Shown: positions 43,632 to 54,390 of the stretch, one piece after another
How the letters are laid out: every line of letters starts with the position of its first letter
Numbering within the stretch: the stretch's first letter is position 1
NCBI GenBank assembly: GCA_020060775.1
Contig: JAGUZN010000116.1
Location: 3,995 to 67,994 of the forward strand
DNA from: Armatimonadota bacterium
GTDB taxonomy: Bacteria; Armatimonadota; Hebobacteria; CAIYQO01
DNA: 64,000 nt
Direction of reading: 5' to 3'
Translations under genes and position numbers: made by a program
The notes under the pieces: generated by a model
What the model saw: the letters and a program-made list of their open reading frames with translations, nothing else
What the model was told of the DNA's origin: nothing
The model's database searches: none

Positions 43632-46600
43632 ATGATTCGCGTCACGATGCTGTTAGCGCTGTGCGCCCTCGGTGTGTTGGCTCTGGGGCCTATCGCCCGC
43701 GCGGCCGGACAGGATCCGGTGTTCCACCTCTCCTTTGACCAGGGGCTATTGCCTGACGTCGGCCCCGACGCCCCCTGTCAGTGGGCCGCTCAATGGAGCG
43801 CCCAGGCCGCCGAGCCACCCCAGTTCTACAAAGAGGGCCTCACCGGCAGTGCCCTGCTTATCACCGATAATCCTGCCAGCGCCGGCATGGTGGCCATACC
43901 GGCAACCATCACCGATGCGCTAACGGAGCGCGGCACGTTCACCTTCTGGCTGCGCGGCATGCAGCAATGGAATCTCTGGAGCATGGGCGAGGACGCGAAG
44001 GGCGGATGCTATGTCTTCATGGGCGGGGGGATGATCTACAAGTGGAACTGGTATGCCGAGATTGCCCTCTTCGGTCATGGCCCCACTCTCTTCTACCAGC
44101 ATTTTGACCAGTACCAGTGGACGCAACTCGGCGTCACCTGGCAGCGCGAAGGTGACGGCAAGACGCGCAACCGCATTTACCTGAACGGCAAGCTGGTCGG
44201 GGAAGCCTCCGGTGCACTGGATATCCGTAATCTACGCTTTGGCAGCACTCCGCTTGAGCCGGGTGGCCGCCTGTTGATCGACGAATGCACACTCTGGAAC
44301 CGCGTGCTCACCGAGCCGGAGATGAAACGCCTCTACCGCCAGAATGGGCAATGGGCGAATACGCCAATCATCACTGCTTCTCGATTGGCGACCGCGCCAA
44401 CGATCGACGGTAGAATTTCTCCAGCAGAGTGGTCGACCGCTTCCCGCCTCACGGGTCTGCTTGAAGCTGCGACCGGCGAGATCGCCATCGACCAGAGCGC
44501 ATTCTACCTGGGCTACGACGATCGCTTCCTGTACCTGGCGATGATCGGCGAGATGACTGAACTGGCGCGCACCAATCCCGCCGCGGTGATCGAGCGTTTC
44601 CTCCGCGCCGAACAGACCGGACGTAGCGACAAGGTGGCAACCGATGATGTCGTTGAACTGTTGCTGTCGCCGGAATACTGGAAAGCGGATGACCACCGGA
44701 CGCCGGGCGCGTGGAATGAGTACCGGCTATTGGCCAATGCGGCAGGCGGTTACGATGCCCGCGCGTATCGACTCAAGGGGATCGATGCTTCGTGGAAGGT
44801 GAACGGACAAACTGCCAGCACTGTGGGCGCATCCGGTTGGCAGTTCGAGGCGCGCATCCCACTGGATGCCCTGGGCACGAAACCCGCACCGGGAGATCGT
44901 TGGGGCCTGCAACTTGGGCGGCACTGGCAACACCTGAAGCAGCAACGCGACCTGTGGGCATGGGGATCCCGCGCGACCCCCGACCCGGCGATCTCCGCCA
45001 AACGCAGTGAACAGTACGTTAAGCGCGACGTACCCGAACAGCCCGACCTCGTGCAGCGCATGCACCTGCATGCCGCTGTCCCTGCGCCGCATGCCGCCCC
45101 CGGCGTGTTGCGCTTTGCCGGGCCCGAGACGCCGGTCGTACAGGTCGAGCGTATCGGCAACCTCGGTGAACGGCTTATCGATTTTTCCGCTGTCATCACC
45201 AATCCCGCGCCGGCCGAGCAAAAAGTTGCCGTGCGGCTCTACACCGACACGGATGCTCTACAGTATACAGATACCCTCACCCTGCCGCCCAACGGCAGGG
45301 CAGAAGTACACAAACGCCAGGAGATCGCCGACTATGCGACCTCGCGTCTGGTTTTCGAGGTTGCCGATGCCACCGGGATCGTCATCCACCGGACAGTAGC
45401 TCCGGTGTATCTCAAGCAATCGTTCGGCGTTTGGCTTGCCCAGCGCCCGAACTATGAGAACTTCCTGCTGGACCTCGATCTCGGCACGCTCTCCAATGTG
45501 CCGGCGTCAGAGTTGCGCGTCGATGTGCAGCTCACCGATGCTGCAGGCGGGGTCGCCTTTGCGGAAAAGGACCGGCGCGTTTCCTCATACGTGGCGCGTC
45601 TGGAATACCCGGCGAAAGGTATCGCGTGCGGCGATTATGCCCTCGTCGTCGCCATCCGCCATGGCGATGTGGTGCTGGCGCATGAGACGCTCGATTTCAC
45701 CCAACACACGAAAGCGCCCTGGTACGGCAACCGGTATGGCTGCGAGGATATGGACCTGGATGTCGTCCCCTACCCCTGGACGGACATGAAGGTCGATAAG
45801 GAGACGGTGCAGGTGTGGGGACGGGAGTATCGTTTCGGCAAAAGCCTCTTCCCCGAGCAGATCACCACGCTGGAGGCGCCGATGTTGCGCGCCCCGGTGC
45901 GGGTGGTGCTGAATACCCAGGATGGCGAAACACTGGATTCCGCCGTTGTTGAGGCCAAAGGGGAGTGGACGAAATCCCATCGCACGCGGGTGGAAGGCAC
46001 GCGCACGATTACGGGGAATGCATGCTCGCTGACACATGCCTTTTGGGCCGAGTACGATGGCCTGTTGTGGAGTACATTGACACTGGCTCCGCAAGGGAAA
46101 GTCAACGTGGCTTCCATGGCCGTAGAGATTCCGCTGCATCCGGCATTCACTGATGTGATCAAAGCCAGCGCATTGGTCGGCGTGCTGAAACCTGAGGGCT
46201 ATCAGCAGGTGCTCGGTCCGGTTTGGCTGGGCAACGGCGATGGTGGCATCCAGTGGTTGCCCGGCGAGGGGAACCTGCATGTGCGCGACAAGAACGTCAT
46301 ACGCGTCGACGTCACCCCCGAGGGGGCCATGTTGCGCATTGTGCTCATCGACACGCCCACCGAGCTCGATGCGCCCTACACCGTGCAATTCGGTATGAAT
46401 GTGACCCCCGTGCGCCCCAACATCACGCGCACGCCCTTCTTCCGTGCGCGCAGCACCCGTGGCGGCGGTCCCTTCTATCCCAAAGGGCTGGAATCCCTGC
46501 CCGCAGCTGACCCCGGCACCGATTTCTACGGCTATGGATCAAAGGCCGGCAATCTCTACGTATGGACGGCTTCGGTCAGCACCGCCGTCGATGCTGCGGG

Positions 46601-47789
46601 CACCGACGATTTCAAGCGGTATGGCGCGGAGTGGATGAGCGATCCCTTCCAGCGCCCGCAACGCGGGTGGGAAACAGATGTCGTCTTCCCGACCACCTCC
46701 TCCGACAGCTTCCGCGATTACTTCATCTGGCGCTACTGGCGCTACCAGCAGAAGTATGGATATGCCGGGCACTACTGCGACAACCCCGGCGGCGGCTCCA
46801 CGCTGGAGGTGCGTGAACTGCTGAAGCGGCTCTACAACGTGACCTCGAGCAACCTGCATTTCGCCGCCCGCGAGGCCAATATCGGCATCGCCTCCAACGG
46901 TGGATTCAATATGGGGTTCGGCGGATTCTTCACCTACCAATGGGACGGTGAACACCTTAACTCGCACGTCAGTTCACAGCAACCCACCTACCGGGGCATC
47001 CTCAATCCGGGGGCGTACCGTGCCGAATACATGGGGCACAACTACGGTTGGCCGGTTTACTTCCTCGGGCAGGCGCGCATCAAACCGGAATGGGTGCAGG
47101 CCAACGGTGGCCCAGAGGCGGTGATCGATCACGTGCAGGGGTTGGAGCTGCTGCATGATGTACAGCCGAGCGGCTGGCATTTTCCCGGTCCCATGGATCA
47201 GGTCTGCCAGCGGGCGCAAAACGCGGTGAAGGAGCACAACCTGTTCCACTGGATCTACCAGTTCACTCCCTACTGGAAACAGGATATCGTGACCCTGCCC
47301 GACAAGGATATGCACGCCTCCCTCTACATCGCACGGCCATCCAAGCTTGCGTCCACCAACCCGCGCGATGAGATGGGTTACCCATGGGGGCACCGGGCGG
47401 TCACCTTCCGCCATTACTTCAATCAGCACCTGCCGGGCTACATCATCACCCAAAACTTCTACGACACGGAAGCGGCCCGGGATGCGTTCACCCGCATGCC
47501 GGATACAGCGGTGCTGATCGTCTACAACAACACCGAGTGGGAAGGCGAGATGCGCCTGAAGGTCGATTGGCAGAAGCTCGGTCTCGGCGCGCCCGACACT
47601 CTGACAGTGACAAACGCCGTACACAGCACCGGTTTCCGCCTGGAGAAAGGGAACGATGCGGACGGCAAGGAGATCGAGAAAGCCGTCTTCTTCGAACGCC
47701 CTGAAGAGTTCGCAAAGATTGAAAACGGTGAACTGGTTTTCCCAATGACGCAATTCAACTATCGGATGATCGTCATCGGGAAGGAATAA
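43632..47789 (+). CDS. Giant secreted paralog 1 (1385 aa): LamG, CBM9-like domain, Ig-like region and an uncharacterised C-terminal module
   Basis: Signal peptide MIRVTMLLALCALGVLALGPIARAAG. LamG end: RIYLNGKLVG...LIDECTLWNRVLTEPEMKRLY. CBM9-like: APTIDGRISPAEW...DQSAFYLGYDDRFLYLAM...WQFEARIPLDALG..PGDRWGLQLGR. Family motifs: VPYPWTDM..VQVWGREYRFG, GNGDGGIQ, DYFIWRYWRYQQKYGYAGHYCDNP, WDGEHLN, RAEYMGHNYGWPVYFLGQ, C-terminal ENGELVFPMTQFNYRMIVI. Confidence 0.9.
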   Translation: MIRVTMLLALCALGVLALGPIARAAGQDPVFHLSFDQGLLPDVGPDAPCQWAAQWSAQAAEPPQFYKEGLTGSALLITDNPASAGMVAIPATITDALTERGTFTFWLRGMQQWNLWSMGEDAKGGCYVFMGGGMIYKWNWYAEIALFGHGPTLFYQHFDQYQWTQLGVTWQREGDGKTRNRIYLNGKLVGEASGALDIRNLRFGSTPLEPGGRLLIDECTLWNRVLTEPEMKRLYRQNGQWANTPIITASRLATAPTIDGRISPAEWSTASRLTGLLEAATGEIAIDQSAFYLGYDDRFLYLAMIGEMTELARTNPAAVIERFLRAEQTGRSDKVATDDVVELLLSPEYWKADDHRTPGAWNEYRLLANAAGGYDARAYRLKGIDASWKVNGQTASTVGASGWQFEARIPLDALGTKPAPGDRWGLQLGRHWQHLKQQRDLWAWGSRATPDPAISAKRSEQYVKRDVPEQPDLVQRMHLHAAVPAPHAAPGVLRFAGPETPVVQVERIGNLGERLIDFSAVITNPAPAEQKVAVRLYTDTDALQYTDTLTLPPNGRAEVHKRQEIADYATSRLVFEVADATGIVIHRTVAPVYLKQSFGVWLAQRPNYENFLLDLDLGTLSNVPASELRVDVQLTDAAGGVAFAEKDRRVSSYVARLEYPAKGIACGDYALVVAIRHGDVVLAHETLDFTQHTKAPWYGNRYGCEDMDLDVVPYPWTDMKVDKETVQVWGREYRFGKSLFPEQITTLEAPMLRAPVRVVLNTQDGETLDSAVVEAKGEWTKSHRTRVEGTRTITGNACSLTHAFWAEYDGLLWSTLTLAPQGKVNVASMAVEIPLHPAFTDVIKASALVGVLKPEGYQQVLGPVWLGNGDGGIQWLPGEGNLHVRDKNVIRVDVTPEGAMLRIVLIDTPTELDAPYTVQFGMNVTPVRPNITRTPFFRARSTRGGGPFYPKGLESLPAADPGTDFYGYGSKAGNLYVWTASVSTAVDAAGTDDFKRYGAEWMSDPFQRPQRGWETDVVFPTTSSDSFRDYFIWRYWRYQQKYGYAGHYCDNPGGGSTLEVRELLKRLYNVTSSNLHFAAREANIGIASNGGFNMGFGGFFTYQWDGEHLNSHVSSQQPTYRGILNPGAYRAEYMGHNYGWPVYFLGQARIKPEWVQANGGPEAVIDHVQGLELLHDVQPSGWHFPGPMDQVCQRAQNAVKEHNLFHWIYQFTPYWKQDIVTLPDKDMHASLYIARPSKLASTNPRDEMGYPWGHRAVTFRHYFNQHLPGYIITQNFYDTEAARDAFTRMPDTAVLIVYNNTEWEGEMRLKVDWQKLGLGAPDTLTVTNAVHSTGFRLEKGNDADGKEIEKAVFFERPEEFAKIENGELVFPMTQFNYRMIVIGKE

Positions 47790-47866
47790 CGATTGCATGG
47801 TAATGACCGGGCGGACAACACCGGTCAACGCTGTCCTGTGGCGAAACGATGAGGGAGAATACCACA

Positions 47867-50800
47867 ATGCAATGTATCACGGCGTGGTTGTTATGCTCGA
47901 GTCTCCTGGTGGGCGGATTGTTGAGCGCTGCCCCGGCGCACGCCCTGGAGGGCCCGGCACTGCATCTGGCTTTCGAGGAGGGGCTAACGCCGTGGGTGGG
48001 ACAGCAGGACGCGTTTAAGTGGAATTCGCCGCAGCCGCCCGAGTTCGCCGAGGACGGGATTGCCGGCAAGTCCTTGCGTATCACCGGAGCCGGCCAGATG
48101 CTCGGCCTGTTGTTCCCAGAGACAGAGCGCAAGACCGGCACGTTGCTCTTCTGGGTGAAGGAGCCGCAGGGCGACGCGGGCAGTAGGATCATCGGTAGCT
48201 GGGGGCCGGGCTGGTCGGCTGTGACCAGGAACAGCCTGCAGAACAGCGAGATGGAGCAATTTCTCGCCCCTCTCTCATTTCCTGCTTTGGACACACAGTG
48301 GACCCAGTTCGGCATCTCGTGGGACAATGCGCCAAACGACAAGGGCGTGATGAGTGGGCGCGTACGCATCTATCGCAACGGAGTGCGCATACAGGAAGGC
48401 GTCGGCTTTTTTTCCGCCAACAGCATACTACTCGGTTCCCAACACGCTCTTCCCGAAGGCAAGAGCCGTCTGCTCGATGAAGTGCGCCTGTGGAACCGGG
48501 TGCTGACCGATGCTGAAGTTAAACAGTGGTACCATGCCGACTTTCAGGGTCGGACGGAGCCGTTTGTCTCGATCCCCCTCCTCACGCACGCGCCAACCGT
48601 GAACGGCATCATCGATCCGACGGAGTGGGCCGGAGCTGCCCGCATTACAGGGCTGCTGGCTGCACCGAGTGGCGAATTGGCGGTTGATCAGAGTGCCTTT
48701 TTTCTGGGGTATGATGCGGAACATCTGTATGTCGCCATGGCTGGCGACATGACGGAACTGGCGCGCACGCGACCCGCCGCCGTTTTTGAGCGCTTTGTGC
48801 GCGCAGAGCACACCGCCCGCACGAGCCATGTGGAACGCGATGATGTGCTTGAACTCATCCTGTCTCCCAACTATTGGCAGGCGGAAACGCGCGACGAGCC
48901 GGGGAACTGGCGTGAATACCGTCTGCTGGGCAACGCGGTCGGCGGCTATCAAGCGACGACCTATGAAAAGACCAGCGTCGATAACGCCTGGCCTGTCGAG
49001 TGGCAGACAGCAAGCCGTGTGAGCAACGCGGGCTGGCAAATCGAGGCGCGAATCCCATTGGCATCGTTTGGTGCGGCGGCGCCCGAGCCCGGTGCACGCT
49101 GGGGTCTGCAGCTTGGGCGAATCTGGCAACAGCTTAAAGAGACGCACGATGTATGGACATGGGGACATCGCCTGTCGCGGACCCAACCGGCCCCCCAGCG
49201 ATTGCATGTGCATGACGCGCCCGGATTCCCGCCGCTCTCCAATTTCGGGGTGATGCAATTCGCCGACCGCGACGAGGTGGTCGTACGGATCAACCGCATC
49301 GGACAACTTACGGATGGACGCATCGATCTGCAGGCGGAGCTGTTCAATCCCTCGAACACCCAGCACACCGTGACGGTTACGGCCTTTACCGACACCCCCG
49401 ACATCAACCAGAGCGAACCGGTTACGCTGGCTGCCGGCGAACGGAAGGTGGTGAAATTTGCCCGCCAGATCATGGACTTCGCAGCCTCACGCTTCACGTT
49501 TACGGTCGCCAAGCCCGACGGCGCACTCCTCCACCGCACTCAGGTCGGCTTCCACATCGAACAGCGCTTCGAAACCCGGATCGTGCAATACCCCAATTAC
49601 GAGAGGTATCTGGTGGCACTGAACCTGGGGGTGTTCAGTGATGCCCCGCTCGATCAACTGCGCGTGGACATCCGATTCCATAATGAAGCCGGCAAGCAGG
49701 TCGTTGCGAGCGAGGACAACACGATCACGACCTACACGCCGGAACTCACCGGCGCCACTTCGAAGCTTGCCTTCGACCCTCACGTGTTATCCGTCACCAT
49801 CCGGCAGGGCGACAAAGTGCTGGCTGTCGAGAAACACCCATTCACCCGAATCAAAAAGGCGGTATGGTGGAACAACCGGCTTGGCTACGAGGACATGGAT
49901 CATGACATCGTGCCGTACCCCTGGACGGACATGGGCGTAAAAGGCGCGACAGTGCAGGTATGGGGACGGGAATACCGTTTTGGCACGTCGCTGCTCCCCG
50001 AGCAGGTGACGACGCTCGACGACCCCATTTTGCGCAGTCCGATGCGCGTGACCATGAAGATGGCGGATGGGGCGCTGTTCGATTCAACGAAGGTCAAGGC
50101 GACAACCGCATGGACCAAACGGAAGAACACCAGGGTGGAAGGCATCCGGACGGCGGCTGGCAAAGGGTTCTCGCTGAAGAACACGTTCTGGGCGGAATAC
50201 GACGGGCTGGTCTGGTGTACCCTGACACTCGAACCGAAGGGTAAGCTCACCGTCGAACACCTGGAAATCGAAATACCGATCTCACGGCAATTCTCTGATG
50301 TCAGCGCATTTGGTTGGATTGGCAACGGCGACGGCGGTATCCAGATCTACCAGGAAGGGAATACCTTCTATCTGGACAAGCAGGAGCCCGTGCGCGTGGA
50401 ACGCCAGGACGGTGCTGATACCTGGCGCATGACGCTGGTCAACACGCCGACGGAATTCGCCACATCCTATGACATCACCCTGGGATTCATGGCCACGCCC
50501 GGCCGTCCCAAGACCTGGCGCACACCCGAGTATCAGGGATGGGATCGAAGACCCGGCATGTATGGATTCGCCGCCCTCGGAGGAGGGCCGTTCTATCCTG
50601 ACTCGCACACCTTCAAGCCGGGGCCGGACCCTGAAGGGAAGGGGCACGGAGGAACGGGATGTTATGTCTGGACCACCCACGTCAACCTCACGCCCGACGC
50701 CGTCAGCGCCGATGACAGCAAGTATTATGTCGAGTGGTTGATCAATCCCTTCCAGGGCGGTGGAAACCTGACCCAGGGTCTGATTCGTCCTGAAACGTTG

Positions 50801-51913
50801 AAATCACAAAGCCTGCGAGACTGGTTTGTCTGGCGCTACTGGCGATACCGTGAAAACCACGGACTCACAGCCCTGTACTATGACAACGTACACCGGGAAG
50901 GCTTGTACTCCAGAGATATCGCCAAACGGCTCTACAATCTTCTGCCCTACAGCCAAACAGCCGCTCGCGTATTCCCAAAAGACAACAAGCCGTATACCCA
51001 CGGTTCCGGCAATGTAGGCGGTGCGGCCAACGGCTATATCGATTTGCGCTATATGAACTTCTGGAAATACCATTGGGACGGCGAGAATCTCAATGGCCCG
51101 ATCCCCCAGTGGAAGACCTATATCGGTCATCTCACCCCGGAACTCTTCCGTGCAGAATATATGGGGCACAATTTCGCCTGGCCGGTCATGTTCCTCGGGC
51201 AGGGGCGCATCAAACAGGAGTGGGCTGACGCCCATGGCGGCGCCGAGTTGGCGCATGACCATCTGGCCGGGCTGGCGATGCTGCACGACATGGGCGGCAA
51301 CCTGTGTTGCCACGCACCAGGGCCGCTTGGGCGTGCGGCGTATCAACGCTGGTATGACACCCTTGATCGCCTGCGCTTCAATCACTGGGTCTATCAGTTC
51401 CTGCCCTACTGGCATCAGGACATTGTTCAGGTTCCCGATAAGGAGATGTACGCCTCCTGGTACATCGGGCAACCCTCGAAATTGGTGAACGCCACACCGG
51501 AAGTGATTGACGCGTACTTTGAGACGTACCAATGCCGACAGTTACCAGAGCACATGCGTAAACGCATCCGCCGGGAAGTCCTCGAGCAACCCGTGCCCTG
51601 GCGCGAGCGGCTGGAAGAGATGACGGACAGGGCCATCCTGGTCTTTTTCAACCACAGCGTTTGGGAAGGCGAAGTGCGATTGAAGGTAGACTGGGCCAAA
51701 CTCGGCTTTGGGGCGCCGGATACGCTGACCGTAGACAACGCAGTGCACAAACGCGGCATCCGCGTCGAGAAGGTCAATAACGACCAGGGCGAAGAAGTCG
51801 AGCAGGGCGTGTTCTTCGACAACCCCGCCGAATACGCCAGGATCGAGAACGGCGAATTGGTTTTCCCGATGACGAAGTTCAACTATCGGATGATCGTGCT
51901 GGAAAAGAAGTAG
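47867..51913 (+). CDS. Giant secreted paralog 2 (~1348 aa), same architecture
   Basis: ATG 47867 follows GAGGGAG (the track ORF starts at 47849). Signal peptide MQCITAWLLCSSLLVGGLLSAAPAHA. All family motifs are conserved: LLDEVRLWNRVLTDAEVKQWY, APTVNGIIDPTEW, VQVWGREYRFG, DWFVWRYWRYRENHGLTALYYDN, ENGELVFPMTKFNYRMIVL. Confidence 0.9.
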   Translation: MQCITAWLLCSSLLVGGLLSAAPAHALEGPALHLAFEEGLTPWVGQQDAFKWNSPQPPEFAEDGIAGKSLRITGAGQMLGLLFPETERKTGTLLFWVKEPQGDAGSRIIGSWGPGWSAVTRNSLQNSEMEQFLAPLSFPALDTQWTQFGISWDNAPNDKGVMSGRVRIYRNGVRIQEGVGFFSANSILLGSQHALPEGKSRLLDEVRLWNRVLTDAEVKQWYHADFQGRTEPFVSIPLLTHAPTVNGIIDPTEWAGAARITGLLAAPSGELAVDQSAFFLGYDAEHLYVAMAGDMTELARTRPAAVFERFVRAEHTARTSHVERDDVLELILSPNYWQAETRDEPGNWREYRLLGNAVGGYQATTYEKTSVDNAWPVEWQTASRVSNAGWQIEARIPLASFGAAAPEPGARWGLQLGRIWQQLKETHDVWTWGHRLSRTQPAPQRLHVHDAPGFPPLSNFGVMQFADRDEVVVRINRIGQLTDGRIDLQAELFNPSNTQHTVTVTAFTDTPDINQSEPVTLAAGERKVVKFARQIMDFAASRFTFTVAKPDGALLHRTQVGFHIEQRFETRIVQYPNYERYLVALNLGVFSDAPLDQLRVDIRFHNEAGKQVVASEDNTITTYTPELTGATSKLAFDPHVLSVTIRQGDKVLAVEKHPFTRIKKAVWWNNRLGYEDMDHDIVPYPWTDMGVKGATVQVWGREYRFGTSLLPEQVTTLDDPILRSPMRVTMKMADGALFDSTKVKATTAWTKRKNTRVEGIRTAAGKGFSLKNTFWAEYDGLVWCTLTLEPKGKLTVEHLEIEIPISRQFSDVSAFGWIGNGDGGIQIYQEGNTFYLDKQEPVRVERQDGADTWRMTLVNTPTEFATSYDITLGFMATPGRPKTWRTPEYQGWDRRPGMYGFAALGGGPFYPDSHTFKPGPDPEGKGHGGTGCYVWTTHVNLTPDAVSADDSKYYVEWLINPFQGGGNLTQGLIRPETLKSQSLRDWFVWRYWRYRENHGLTALYYDNVHREGLYSRDIAKRLYNLLPYSQTAARVFPKDNKPYTHGSGNVGGAANGYIDLRYMNFWKYHWDGENLNGPIPQWKTYIGHLTPELFRAEYMGHNFAWPVMFLGQGRIKQEWADAHGGAELAHDHLAGLAMLHDMGGNLCCHAPGPLGRAAYQRWYDTLDRLRFNHWVYQFLPYWHQDIVQVPDKEMYASWYIGQPSKLVNATPEVIDAYFETYQCRQLPEHMRKRIRREVLEQPVPWRERLEEMTDRAILVFFNHSVWEGEVRLKVDWAKLGFGAPDTLTVDNAVHKRGIRVEKVNNDQGEEVEQGVFFDNPAEYARIENGELVFPMTKFNYRMIVLEKK

Positions 51914-51927
51914 AAGAAGGAGAGCGT

Positions 51928-54312
51928 GTGACGAAGCATCGGTGGCTGACAGTGATTGGCGTGACGGTACTGGGGGTGTGCCTGTGGGCATCCGGCGCAG
52001 GGGCGGCGGAGCCGAATTGGCTTGATGCCTATAACGTGTCGTGGAACACGCCGGGGGTGACGTCGGCTGGTTCCATGCCGCTGGGCAACGGCGATATCGG
52101 CATCAATGTGTGGGTGGAGGCCGGCGGTGACCTGGTGTTCTACGTCAGCAAAACCGATGCGTTTGACGGCAACCATGAGCTGCGGAAGCTCGGACGACTA
52201 CATGTCGCTCTCACGCCCAATCCGTTTCAGCGTGACGCCCACAATCAGCCGCGCCCGTTCCGCCAAACGCTCAAGCTGCGGCAGGGCGAGATCGAAATCC
52301 AGGCGGGCACGCCCGGCTCGCAGGTCACGTTGCACCTGTGGGTGGACGCCAAACATCCGGTGATCCATGTTGAAGCCGACGGCGAACAGCCCTTCGACAT
52401 GCGAGTGACGGCGGATACGTGGAGCGACGTACATACAATTGTGGAGGGGCAGGATGACCGGATTGTTATGTATAGTCGCAATACCTGGTCCATCTATGGC
52501 AAGAACCTGGCGAACTCGGGACTGGAAGGCCTTGCGCCCCAATTCCAGGATCCGCTGTTCAATCGGACCTACGGGATGATGGTCAAAGGTCCCGATCTAA
52601 TCAGCCGTATGCCAGATGTCCTGGAAACACGGAAGCCTGTACAGAAAACACTGGTATCGGTGTATGCACTCACCCGGCAGACCGATACCGTAGAAGCCTG
52701 GCTGACGGCCCTGGATGCAGAGATCGCGAAAGCGGATGCGGCGGGTCTGGAGACGGCGCGCGAAGCGCACCGGTCCTGGTGGGACGCCTTCTGGGAGCGG
52801 AGTTGGATTCGCGCTTCGGGAGGCGCGCAGCGGGTCGACTCCCCGGGCTTCCCGGGCATGCCGGAAAGCGAGGCGGTCAGCAAAGGATACCAGTTACAAC
52901 GGTTTATCACCGCCTGCGCCGGTCGCGGCAACGCACCGATTAAATTCAATGGGTCGATCTTCACCTTTGATTGTCTCGATATCTGGAAGTTGACCGAGCC
53001 CCATCCCGCCGATGACCGGGCCTGGGGCGGCTATTACTGGTTTCAGAATACGCGGCATCCCTACTATCCGATGCTTGCCGGCGGCGATTTTGAAATGATG
53101 GCGCCGCTGTTCACGATGTATCGCGACGCGTTGCCGCTTGCCAGGGAACGGACCCGCGTCAACTTCGGCCACGGCGGAGCAGCTTTCCACGAGACGATCA
53201 CGCTGTGGGGCAACTATCCAAGCGGTGAAAAGTGGACGCGTTTCGCCCACTGGAAGCAGTATCAGGAAAAGATCGCCATGATGTACAAGCAGATGGAGCT
53301 GGGCACACCGCCTGCCCGGTACACGGCGGAGGCAAAAGAGGCGGCGGATGTGCCTGGTTGGTATTTGGGGAACCCCCATATCCAGTATTTCTATTCCGGC
53401 GGCCTCGAACTCTCGGCGATGATGCTGGACTACTACGGCTACACCGGTGACAAAGAATTCGCAATACACTCACTCATTCCTTTTGCCAAAGAGATTATTG
53501 AGTTTTACGACCAGCACTACGGCCGGGATAAGAACGGTAAGCTTTTCATCTTCCCATCGCAAGCAGGGGAGTCAGGCAACCATTGGCTGGTGGTGAATCC
53601 CATGGATGTGGTGGCGGGTCTGCACAGCGTCATTCGAGGGCTGCTCGCCCTTCCAACCGACATGACGGCGGAAGGCGACCGCGCTGTGTGGAAACGACTG
53701 CAAGGCGAGCTTCCAGCACTACCAAAAATCACACTTGCCGACGGCAGGACAGTGCTCCTGCAGGGGCAGCGGGCGGGCGGCGCAACTGAGGACGCGAAAG
53801 CAGTTGCCTTCTGGGGCCATATGAATATCGAGTCGTATGCCATCTTTCCCTTCCGCCTGTACGGCGTGGGCAAACCCGATCTACCGGTGGCAAAAGACAC
53901 CACGAACAATCTCACGCAACGTATGGGTGGCTGGAACCAATTGCCGATTGTGGAAGCATATGCAGGCTTAGACACCGGCGTCTCCGGCTGGCTGGCGAAT
54001 CAGGGTGGGGGCGCACGCTTCCCGGCATTTTGGAAAGGCCCTTTCGACTGGATCCCTGATCAGTGTCAGGGCGGTGTGGGCATGAAGGCACTACAGGCGA
54101 AACTACTGCAGGCAGAAGGAGCTGCCGAGGGCGGAGCGATCTACCTCTTCCCCGCCTGGCCGAGGGACTGGGACGTCGCCTTCAAGCTCCACGCGCCATA
54201 CAACACAACCGTGGAGGGCATCTATCGGAACGGCAAACTGGAGTCGCTAATCGTCACTCCTCCAGCACGGGCCAAGGATGTTGTCAACATGCTTGAAAAG
54301 CCAGCTGTATAA
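51928..54312 (+). CDS. GH95-like / DUF5703-type putative glycoside hydrolase (794 aa)
   Basis: GTG start 5 nt after GAAGGAG and 14 nt after the previous stop. Signal peptide present. N-terminal SMPLGNGDIGINVWVEAGGDLVFYVSKTDAFDGNHELRKLGRLHVAL is characteristic, from memory, of DUF5703/GH95-N-type domains. Confidence 0.65.
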   Translation: MTKHRWLTVIGVTVLGVCLWASGAGAAEPNWLDAYNVSWNTPGVTSAGSMPLGNGDIGINVWVEAGGDLVFYVSKTDAFDGNHELRKLGRLHVALTPNPFQRDAHNQPRPFRQTLKLRQGEIEIQAGTPGSQVTLHLWVDAKHPVIHVEADGEQPFDMRVTADTWSDVHTIVEGQDDRIVMYSRNTWSIYGKNLANSGLEGLAPQFQDPLFNRTYGMMVKGPDLISRMPDVLETRKPVQKTLVSVYALTRQTDTVEAWLTALDAEIAKADAAGLETAREAHRSWWDAFWERSWIRASGGAQRVDSPGFPGMPESEAVSKGYQLQRFITACAGRGNAPIKFNGSIFTFDCLDIWKLTEPHPADDRAWGGYYWFQNTRHPYYPMLAGGDFEMMAPLFTMYRDALPLARERTRVNFGHGGAAFHETITLWGNYPSGEKWTRFAHWKQYQEKIAMMYKQMELGTPPARYTAEAKEAADVPGWYLGNPHIQYFYSGGLELSAMMLDYYGYTGDKEFAIHSLIPFAKEIIEFYDQHYGRDKNGKLFIFPSQAGESGNHWLVVNPMDVVAGLHSVIRGLLALPTDMTAEGDRAVWKRLQGELPALPKITLADGRTVLLQGQRAGGATEDAKAVAFWGHMNIESYAIFPFRLYGVGKPDLPVAKDTTNNLTQRMGGWNQLPIVEAYAGLDTGVSGWLANQGGGARFPAFWKGPFDWIPDQCQGGVGMKALQAKLLQAEGAAEGGAIYLFPAWPRDWDVAFKLHAPYNTTVEGIYRNGKLESLIVTPPARAKDVVNMLEKPAV

Positions 54313-54390
54313 CTTGCGATGAAGTCGGCATCAGCGTACTCCATCTAAATCCGTGATGTATCTAAAAATCACCCAGTAAAGAGGGCAGGC